The notes beneath the pieces are model-generated. The model ran no database searches and had not been told where the DNA came from. It saw only the letters and a list, made by a program, of their open reading frames with translations. A stretch of DNA of 63,864 nucleotides, filler included, from Ministeria vibrans ATCC 50519 (taxonomy: Eukaryota; Protista; Filasterea), in assembly GCA_943704425.1 (NCBI GenBank). It is 12 parts of 12 records of this genome, joined end to end, with 100 filler letters (N's around TTAATTAATTAA, not from the genome) between each part and the next. Parts side by side here need not be neighbours in the genome. Positions count along the whole stretch, not along the records: positions 1 to 17,068 come from CALSCP010001502.1; 11 more parts are not named here. The stretch is one strand, 5' to 3'. Shown here one piece after another: positions 1 to 9,100 of this stretch; the first letter of the stretch is position 1, and every line of letters begins with the position of its first letter. The position numbers and the translations under genes were made by a program.

Positions 1-105
1 GGTGATTGAGAGCCACCGCTGGCATGTCCATCGAAGCTGGAGTGTTGTTTGAACAGAGCAGCAGCATACAATTCCCACAAGCAGTTCGTCCGGCAAGTTG
101 AGCAT
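1..105 (-). CDS. F-box protein, N-terminal part (runs off window start)
   Basis: Manual translation from ATG 105: MLNLPDELLVGIVCCCSVQTTLQLRWTCQRWLSIT, matching the F-box pattern LPxELLxxI...CxRW; not in ORF track. Confidence 0.6.
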   Translation of the reverse strand, partial: MLNLPDELLVGIVCCCSVQTTLQLRWTCQRWLSIT

Positions 106-196
106 GAAAAATCAATAATAATTATTTGATTTTTTGGTGAATGACAGCTGAAGGTTTCAGAAATAAATCAGAATACACACAGTTTTTGTTGTTGTC

Positions 197-1867
197 ATGA
201 GAACCTTTCTTGCGCTATTGTCTGTACCACTCTTTGTGGTGTCCGTCGATCCGGCACCGTCGTTTGGCCATGGGATGTTGACTGAGTTTGTGATGAACCG
301 CGACTATGTCAACATCAACTTTGGATCGTACGGCACGACGCCGCGCGCCGTCCTTCAGGCGGAACATGCCCATGAAATGGTGATGGAAGCTGAGCCCGAC
401 CGCTATTTCCGCTACGAGCTGGATCCTGCGCTTGCGGCGGCGCGTGAAGCGGTCGCAAAGTTTGTGGGTGCGGACGCCGACGATCTTGCCTTGATCGACA
501 ACGCCAGCAGCGTAAGCGCGGCGGCGTCGACCCATTCGTTGATGGAAATTGTTGTTCTTTGCTAACTCCCACACATGCAGGGCGTCAACGCCGTGCTCCG
601 GTCCTTTCCCTTTCGCGCACACGACAGGATTCTCTATCTGAACTTGGCGTACGGCATGGTCGTCGACACTCTTCAGTACCTTGTCGACACACTTGACGTC
701 GACCTCGTCGAGTGCACCCTGGCAGTGCCGTCGAGCAACGAGGACATTGTTGCGGCCGTCGAAGCGACCATTGCGCGCTCTGCAGGCTCAATACGCTTTG
801 CGACCTTTTCACACATTACGTCCACTCCTGCCATTGTTCTTCCGGTCGACCAACTCATCGCTCTCTGTCGCAAGCACAACATTACCGTGCTCATCGACGG
901 CGCACACTGTCTGGGCCATCTTCCGCTCAATCTCAATGAGCTGCAGCCCGACTATTACATTGCAAACGGTCACAAGTGGCTATTCAGTCCCAAAGGAAGG
1001 TACCGGGGAGCCATGGCGAAACTAATGTGTGTTGATCGAGCATCTCTAGTGCAATATTATGGGCATCGAAAGCAGCGCAGAAGCATTTACACCCACTGGT
1101 GATCTCATTTGGATACGGAAAGGGAATGGAGAGTGAATTTGCAGAGCAAGGAACGCGCAATGTGAGTCCGTATCTGAGTATGGCGGACGCCATTGGATAC
1201 CGTGCGAGTGTGTTGGGCGGGGAGAATGCGATTCGGGAGTATAACAATGGGTTGGTGCGGAGTGCGGTTGCGCTGTTGGTGCGCATGTGGGGCACGCGAG
1301 AGCTCAATGCGGACCAACGGCAGTGGTCGCACATGGCCAATGTGGTGCTTCCGACGAACAATGCCACGCGTGCGATGGGATTGGTGCAACCTTTGTTGGA
1401 TGAGTAAGGACATTAACGTTATTGTGTGTCCATTGTGTGGCTGATTTATCATTTAATTTTTATTTGTATGTGGAAGAGTCAAAAAGAAGTGTAATCCTAA
1501 CCCTAATCCTAATGATTTGATAGTATCACCCTTACCCCTTTATTTCCTCTTTTGTCTTTTCTCTTATTGCTTTTTAACCCACAATAGTCAATAATTCCAC
1601 CTATTATATGAATTCTCACACCTCAAACAACTTTTATCGCCTTTTCTCCCAACAACATAGTTACAATCTGTATGCAGTTATCAAACAAATTGGAAATGTG
1701 CTCTACACTCGAATTAGCGCTCAGATCTTTCTCGAACTCTCCGACTTTGAATATTACGGTAAATTGATGATGGTCTTCGTATCAAAGGTCGATGCGAAAG
1801 GAATAATTTTGTTTTGTTGTGCATAGGAAATTCTGTGTTGGAACTTTTGAAAAATGACAGTTTGTGA
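197..1867 (+). CDS. PLP-dependent class V aminotransferase-fold C-S lyase (Egt2 / L-cysteine desulfhydrase / isopenicillin N epimerase-like), 5 exons, N-terminal hydrophobic signal-like peptide
   Basis: NFGSYG, SHITS, IDGAH, NGHKWLFSPKG (PLP lysine), QGTR and RISAQIF motifs; GT-AG introns approx 512-580, 1001-1048, 1404-1660, 1759-1826; stop TGA 1865-1867. Confidence 0.85.
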
Positions 1868-1903
1868 TTTTATCGAACACACAGTTTAAGCTCTCCGTGT
1901 TGC

Positions 1904-1978
1904 CAGAAAGAGCCGAATCAGAGAGAATGAGTCACATAATACAAAATGGGGTTTGTCAGACTCTCATCACTATTTCTG
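1904..1978 (-). promoter_or_regulatory. SECIS element in the SelW 3' UTR
   Basis: Minus strand: CAGAAA-ua-GUGAU-GAGAGUCUGAC-AAA-CCCCAUUUUGUAUUAUGUGAC-UCAUUCUCUC-UGAU-ucggcuc-UUUCUG. Helix I CAGAAA/UUUCUG, UGAN/NGAN quartet, helix II GAGAG/CUCUC plus UGA/UCA, AAA 11 nt above the quartet. Confidence 0.85.
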
Positions 1979-2029
1979 TGTGTTGTCAGAACACTCTTCT
2001 CGTCACTGCTTCTCTCTCTCTCGATTGCT

Positions 2030-2447
2030 TTAGAGTGCTGCGTTGATCGCAGCCGCAATGGCATCAAGCTTCTCTTTGGTGTCGGCGAAACCCGACCCCA
2101 TTGTTGTTTTGGAATGGACCAAAGTGTCGTTTCTATCACGAATGAGTTGGAGTGAGTGTGGAAAGGGTTTTCGCGCCGCATTTTTTTTTGTTTTGTGCTT
2201 TTTTCCAGTCAAACTTACACAGTCACGTCGAAGAGACTCGTTGGCGTTGGCGTGCCATACGATGTAATCTTCACTTTGTCTCCAAACAGCGCTTTTAGCT
2301 TCGATTCGAGATCTGAGAGAGAGAGAGAGAGAGAGACGAAAAGTGAGAGAAGAAAACTGAGAAGGACGGTTCGCGTGTGCGCTTACCCCTGAACCGACTC
2401 CCGTACCCTCACGATCCACAGTAGACAACGTGTACTTTCACAGTCAT
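2030..2447 (-). CDS. SELENOW: Selenoprotein W (Rdx family), 85 aa, Sec at codon 13
   Basis: Exons 2447-2387, 2312-2219, 2132-2030 (GTAAG...AG introns) give MTVKVHVVYCGS-U-GYGSRFRDLESKLKALFGDKVKITSYGTPTPTSLFDVTVNDTLVHSKTTMGSGFADTKEKLDAIAAAINAAL; TGA at 2411-2409; colinear with vertebrate SelW (VVYCGAUGY...LIHSK...AAIKAAL). Confidence 0.95.
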
Positions 2448-2856
2448 GACGAATTCACCAATTGAAAATAATTCTAATCCAAAAACCAAAATCCAAAATA
2501 ATAGTTCTAAATCTAATTATCAAAAACGAATAGAAATTTCTTGAAAGAACAAAAATGGACAGTGGTGCCGCGGCGGGAGCCAACTTGCTTGCAGCCACGT
2601 CGGAGGCGTCCGTCCAGGCGCGCTTTACGACGCCGCAGCGCCAATTCGCTGTGACGGAAACTCCTTTCAGTGTTCCTCTGTCGCTGCGACGCGCCGGCCT
2701 CAGCGCCATCATCAACCACTTACTAGGACAAGGTATGCGAGAACGCTATGTCAGTGGAGTGTGATAGAAAAAAAAAAAAAAAAAAAAAAAACATCCCCTC
2801 CAAAAAAAAAGCAAGTGGTGCGCGGCCGTGGGTCTCGGAACGTCCGCTTCGGCTCC

Positions 2857-2934
2857 TGCGAGGATGAAGCAGCCGCTTCGAATGGTTAGATTGTCTTGTT
2901 CAATAAAGCTTTTGCTCTAGGACATCCAAAAAAA
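2857..2934 (+). mobile_element. Retroelement 3' tail, family R1 (short, A-tailed)
   Basis: TGAAGCAGCCGCTTCG-ATGG-TAGATTGTCTTGT-CAAT-AAGCTTTTGC-CTAGGAC-TCC(A)n, near-identical to 63763-63848. Confidence 0.8.
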
Positions 2935-2935
2935 C

Positions 2936-3026
<91 letters not shown>

Positions 3027-3304
3027 AAAATTGACGTTCGTTGTCCGCATTCCCATTGGTCTCGACATGGTCCTCATACCACTCTTGAGTACCCCACACT
3101 CCCTCCATCATCTTTGGCCACAACTGTGTGACTCCCGTCGCCTAGTAGCCTGTGACTAGTCGCAATAGAGCAATCCTTTCACCTGGCCAGATTCTCCTTC
3201 CAATTTTCCGTACCACCCTCTTCAGCACAGGTTTCGTCCTCACCGCCAAGTATGTTAAAAGCATGCTATGCATACTGTCACCACTGAGCCATCAGTGACA
3301 ATTA

Positions 3305-3485
3305 TCGATTTCGTGAAAGAACTCTCAAATATTAAGTAATATTTTCGCTACATATACAGTTCAGAACTGTGTAAAATAATTAAGATATTTCGTAGAATGT
3401 ATAACATGACAAAGTATTATGTGTTTAAATTTTATATGCGGTGAAATACGATACACTAAAGTTGGCTAAAACACGGCTTAATCTG
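3305..3485. repeat. AT-rich spaced-motif module, copy A
   Basis: TTCGC (3344-3348), ATATTTCG (3385), GAAATA (3443), ACACGGCTTA (ends 3480); same order and spacing as copies at 18.8 kb and 63.3 kb. Confidence 0.6.
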
Positions 3486-3864
3486 ATTTTTAATTTTTTT
3501 GCAACCAAAATAAGCACCCTTTTTTCAGTCCTTTTTATTCAATTAACATCGAGTTCCGTCGCAAAGAGACTCCTCTCACCGGTTGAATTTTGAGAAGCGT
3601 CGCGGGTTGAGTCTCGAGATGCCATAATATTTTATTTCCTTCTTTTTTTTTGTCTTTCTCTCGCAGATCGACCTTAACACCCCCTATGCATATCATTTCC
3701 TAAAATTAAAATTAATTTCTGCTGTTAACTTGCAAGGTAAACGAATAATTCCAAAAACAAACACCCTTGGTATTTTTTTTGGAAGTGTACAAGACAATCA
3801 AGGAGAAAATTTCAGAATTCACACTGGTGTTGTGAATTTTACAAGTAACTCTAAAGGAGTAGGA

Positions 3865-3975
3865 GGTGCCTTGGGTTTCCCCAGTCAGCAGTGCTGCTAT
3901 TGAGCATTGACACGCAGCGCGGTAGTCGAGAACTTTTATATCAATAAGATCACGTTTCGTAAGTTAAATAAAAAA
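3865..3975 (+). mobile_element. Degenerate 3' UTR remnant of LINE family R2
   Basis: GGTGCCTTGGG...TCAGCAGTGCTGCTATTG...ACGCAGCGC matches the reverse complement of approx 17505-17555; ends in an A-rich tract. Confidence 0.65.
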
Positions 3976-4078
3976 CAGACTACCCAAAGTGGTTGTGGAA
4001 ACCCACATCGCGTACTAAAAAGCAAACAAGATTTTCTTTTTAAAATGACAGTATGCATTTGAAACGATTGATCAATCA

Positions 4079-4471
4079 TCAGAGAGGCCAGAGCCAGTTA
4101 AGGGCCTTCATGGACAACTCATAGCCAAAGAAGCAAGCGGCATTGGCAGGGAAGGCGCGCGTGAAGACAGGACCAGCCCCCTACAGATACGCCAGACATC
4201 AGCCACACAGAACGATACTGTCCACATGATATACATGACGGCCACTCTTGACAATTTTCCCTTTCAGAGCGAGGCACTGAATGACTCGCATCTTCACTCC
4301 TCTTTTCCTCGATTCTCTCCCAACAAACCCACCTTGTAGAGAGCACCGTAACCCTCCGTAGCAATCAGTTCACGCAGCACATGACGCAGTCCAGTGTAGC
4401 TTTTTATAAAAAGAAAAACAACAAAAAAATAAACATAAATTAATATAATTATATTACAAACAACAAAAACA

Positions 4472-4509
<38 letters not shown>

Positions 4510-5572
4510 TATTGTGTACGTACCGCCCTTCGGGAGCGAGCTGGAAGCGCGTCTTGAGAACATCGGCCGGGAGTGCAACGACCCAGTTGGCAATGCCAGC
4601 GAGACCACCGGCCAGGAGAACAGCGCCAGCATTCAGTGAGTTGGGGTCAGCCCCCGAGCGCGCTGCAAAGTAGCGCTTCGTGCCCTCGTACGCTGCAAAG
4701 TAGGCGCCGCTGCCGGGCACGTCGCGCAGCATGGTTGCCACGCTGCCGCGGTAGATACCGCGCAGGCCCGTCTCGCGATACACCTGTCGCAACACGTCCA
4801 TGGGTCCCGCGTACTTGGGCTTGCCTCCCGCGCTCCCCTGCACCTGCAGTGAAATCTTCACTCGCTCGCCCGGCACCATAATAATCGTCGTGAAAATGCC
4901 CGAAATACATCCAGCATTAAAGATTTGCATCAGATTCAACTGATCCGAGGGGTTCTTTCGCTGAATGCTCTGTCCAAATCCATAGCCAGCAAACACAAGC
5001 GCGTACACTGGTGCAATGCCTATACACACAAAACAATATTCAGCTCGAGCCTCTCCTTCCCATTGCTACACGACGCACCAGCAAGAGGAGCAGCCATTCC
5101 CTGAGATGGTCAAACGCAAAGGATCAGAAACACTGTCATCATAATGAATTGTACAGCAAACATTGACTACCTTGTAGAGTCCGGTGAATCCTTCAGCCTG
5201 CACTGTCTTCTTGGCGCAGTCCACCATTCCAGAGTACAGCGGTGCTTCGCCCGCAACCGACGGCATCGCCTGAAGGCGCACCTTGATCGTGTCCAGCGGA
5301 TGTCCCGACGCCACAAGGCACATGCCGCCAAAGCCACCCGCGACAAATTGCTGTGGAGCGCACACAACGCGTTTTCAGCAAATGCACATAATCACGACGC
5401 TTCCACACGCGCGCAGCATGCAGACGGGTTTAATCATCCACACGCCAACACACAGTTCAACAGAAAGCCCCAGTGCTGAGCGTGGATTCGCACAAACTCC
5501 GGTTCACGTGAAAAAAGGGCACAATACCTTCAACGCTCCCGGCTGATTCTTGTCGCCATTTTCTTCAGACAT
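4079..5572 (-). CDS. SLC25A20: Mitochondrial carnitine/acylcarnitine carrier
   Basis: [66 protein letters not shown]; multi-exon; start MSEENGDK at 5572, stop 4081-4079. Confidence 0.92.
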
Positions 5573-5717
5573 TTTCTGCTGCAACGCTGGGTGTTAACGT
5601 GGAGCAACAACAAGGGCGTGTCAAAGAAAACTATTTAATATTTTAAATAGTTTTATTTCGTATTATTTTGTTAGATGACATTACTTTTTGTTTGTTAATT
5701 CTTATCAATTTTTTTTC

Positions 5718-8383
5718 ATGCATATTCTTGTGCTTATTGTCTCACTCACCCTGGCCCTCACACATGCCACTGACGTTGTGCACTATGTGAGCATGAACCA
5801 TTTGGACGTTGGATTCAGCTCGTTCAGCGGTGACTGCACAAACTCCTCCGACCACTCGCAGTGCCCCTTTGCTCGCGGCCTCATCCACGACGTTGTCAAC
5901 CGCTACTTCGACGTATACTTTCCACTGGCAGTGGCGACAGCAGAGACGCTGCGCGCCCGTGGCGGCCCTGAACGACATGTTTACACGACTCACTCTTGGC
6001 TGGCGTCGCTCTACCTCGACTGTCCCAGCCACCCCGCGCTGCACTGCCCCAACGCATCGGCACTCGACGCCTTCCAAGGGGCCATACGTCGCGGCGACAT
6101 TACTTGGCATGCGCTGCCTTTCAATGCGCAAGTGTCACTCTTCGACGAGGACCTTCTGGCGGCGGCCGTCGCGCTGACCCACTCGCTGGACGACAGCGTT
6201 CAACAGCCTCACAAGCGAGTCATGTCCCAACGAGACGTCCCAGGGCTCTCAGTTGCCTCGCTACCCACGCTCCACCGCAGCGGCGTCCGTGTGATCTCCG
6301 TCGGTACCAACCCTGCGTCTTCGCCGCCTGCTGTGCCCGCTGCCTTTCTCTGGCACCATTCCCAGCACCCCGACGAACGCATGCTTGCCCTATGGCACCC
6401 ACACGGCTACGGAGGACTCACCACCCAAGACTGCACCATACTTGCAGGTGCAGCTCTCTGCCTTAGCGTCCGTGGCGACAACCGCGGCGGCCCCGCCCCC
6501 TGGGAAGTCCTCAACGACTTTGCCCAACTGCGCTCCGAATTCCCCAACGCTACCATCATCGCATCCTCCTTCGACGCCTGGGCCAACTCTGTTCTTCCTC
6601 ATCTTGATTCTCTCCAATTGCCTCTTCTCACCACTGACATCGACGACACGTAAGAACACCAACCCTCAAAAGAACGACCACAACGCAATGGACACACACG
6701 TCCGCCCCCCCCAAAAAAAAACACAACAAAAAGCAAAGCAAAAAACAAAACAAAAGCAAAAACAAAACGCAATGTACGATAATTTGAACGTTATATAACT
6801 TCTCCAAAAAAAAGAAGAAAAAAAAGCAAAACAATAGCGTAACATGACAAAACAAACTTCAATCATTGTAATTGTACTATAATATTTTGTCACAGTTGGA
6901 CATACGGCATCCCGTCGGACCCCCTCAAACACGCCCAGTTCCGTGCATTTAAACGTGCACGCCAGTGGTGCGTGCGCCAGGTGGCGTCTAGCGAGTGTCT
7001 TGATGTCGCGAACACTCGCGCCTCGCTCGCCCACTTTGACCGATTTCTCATCAAAGTTCCTGAACACGTATGATGCATTATTTTTTCTTCACACATTTCA
7101 TTCACCCTTCTTTTTTTTTTTTTTTTGCTCTTGTCTATAGACGTCTGGAATGGACGCCAAGCGATTTCTGACGAATCTCACTGAAAATTGGACGAACAGC
7201 GAGTTCAATCGGATGCGAGCAAATGATGACAAAGGCTACAGACTGATGGAAGCCAGTTGGCACGACCAGCGCAGTGTGCTTGACTGGGCACTCGCTACCC
7301 TTGCTTCTGACTCACCCCTGCGCATGCGTATCGACTGGGAACTTGCACAGCTCAAGGTGTCTCCAGTCACTGCCACACCAGTGTCTCGTCGTGTCGCACC
7401 TAACGAGCGATTTGACTGTGGCTCATCTTTGCGCATTGGGTTTGACTCGTCTCACGGCTACGTGTCTTATCTTGAGCGCAGTGGCGCTGTTCTTATTGAT
7501 GACACCCAAGACAGCCGCTCGCGGGCGTTTGCGCTGCTCTACCAGACCCTCGACAGTGCCGATGTCACAGCCTTCCTCGACGCCTACCTTGACTGTGACC
7601 CCCACCAACCTGGCGGTGACTGCAACTCCTGGAACTTTGGTCCCTGGCCTCTCTATGACCTTGGAAAGGAGTACGGATAAATCCACATGCAGCGCACGAC
7701 GAACGCATAGCACTTTGATTCTCTTAATAATAGCTATTTTTCTTCTTCTTTTTTTGGGTAGGGGGCTGGCCAAGACACACGCAAAACATTCAGAGTCACT
7801 GCCCACGCTGCAAAATGTGCATCTTGTCCGCAACGAGACGAGTGGCGAGTGTGCGTTCACCATTGATATGGAATTCAATCGGACACTCGCGCGCGACTAC
7901 GGTGCTCCCGAAAAGGTGAAGATGCACTTGACGACACACTCCAACGAGATTGAAGTTGTATTGGAGCTGTTTGCGAAAGGGGCGACACGGTTGCCCGAAT
8001 CACTTTCTCTGCAAGTGCGTCCGACCACGACCGAACACGCGTCGTCTGTCTGGACTATTCACAAGCTGGGCGTGTCCCTCTTGCCCACACACATTGCATC
8101 CAATGCCACGCACCACCAGCACCTGACAGATGAGACGGGCGTCAGTCTCACTCATCATGGCCGTCTCTATCGCTTTGCCTCTCTCGATGTGCCCACCGTC
8201 ATCTTTAACGAGCCTTTGTCGCCTCTGCCCACGCCCCTCAACACCCCTTTCCAGCCCGACGCTGGCTTTGCCTGGAACATTCACAACAACCTGTATGACA
8301 CCAACTACCCTCTGTGGTATCCTTTCGACGAGCAAGACGCCAATTCGCACTTTCGCTTTCGTCTTACACTGGAAGATGTATGA
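5718..8383 (+). CDS. Secreted GH38-like / DUF5054-type putative glycoside hydrolase
   Basis: Signal peptide; MNHLDVGF, ITWHALPFN, MSQRDVPG, GDNRGGP, DTWTYG motifs and C-terminal WNIHNNLYDTNYPLWY; about 4 exons. Confidence 0.75.
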
Positions 8384-8618
8384 AACTCTCACTCTCCTTG
8401 ATTATGTTTATCACTTCTGAGTTGACAGCTCTAGACTTCTAGTTTCTCTAGAGTGAGTTTTTCATCGACTTTGAACGACTGACTATCAAGTTTTATATAC
8501 ATATTATTGTATAGTGTCTTGCTTTGCAATTGATTATTATTATTATTATTATTATTCTTTCTTACATTCTCGTTTTCTATTTACTTTCTCTTACATTATA
8601 CGATACGATACACACGAA

Positions 8619-9012
8619 ATGAACACCACCACCATCCTCACATTGAGACCGACCTCCTTGACAGTGCTGTCCCTATTGGTGCTGCTGTCGTTGTCTGTCG
8701 TTGCGGCTGTTCCGTCCCCGTGCGGTGTCTGCCTTTGCGACGACACCTTCGCCGACTGCTCGAACCGCGGGCTCTCAGCACCGCCTCCAGGCCTTCCAAC
8801 CAACACTACAGTGCTCGATCTAACCTTCAATCGCATCGAGATCATCGACAGCGGCGCACTCGGTGCGTTGTCCAACCTGCAACTGCTCAACATCAGCCAC
8901 AACTTCCTTCTCGTCCTCCTGGCCGACTCCTTCGCCGGTCCCACCAACCTTACCGTGCTGGACCTCTCTCACAACGAGGTACACCATCCAACTTCCACAT
9001 GCAACAAGACGC

Positions 9013-9100
<88 letters not shown>

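Larger units (their letters stand above)
2555..3677 (+). pseudogene. WDR12: WDR12/YTM1 N-terminal (NLE/UBL) fragment, apparently truncated
   Basis: Exon 1 (2555-2732) VQARFTTPQRQFAVTETPFSVPLSLRRAGLSAIINHLL; repeat-filled intron 2733-3666; next exon reads DRP then TAA (3675-3677); no WD40 exons visible before the next gene at 4079. Confidence 0.6.

Noticed and set aside
1493-1513. Telomere-like CCTAA repeats
   Set aside because: Three degenerate units inside an intron; too short
197-1867. Selenocysteine lyase / NifS call for the gene beside SelW
   Set aside because: No catalytic-Cys loop (SxGSAC) seen; motifs fit the Egt2/LCD/CefD branch
2409-2411. Genome-wide UGA reassignment as the explanation for the SelW TGA
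   Set aside because: TGA terminates several conserved genes here (SLC25A20, RPIA, ORP, MRPL33), so the readthrough is site-specific
3563-3612. GAGACTC/GAGTCTC stem as a possible tRNA next to AT module A
   Set aside because: Only about 50 nt, no T-loop (TTCRA) or cloverleaf
3674-5597. piggyBac-like ends TTAACACCC ... GGGTGTTAA enclosing SLC25A20
   Set aside because: Only 9 bp of inverted match, no transposase, and the enclosed gene is ordinary housekeeping; compatible with chance
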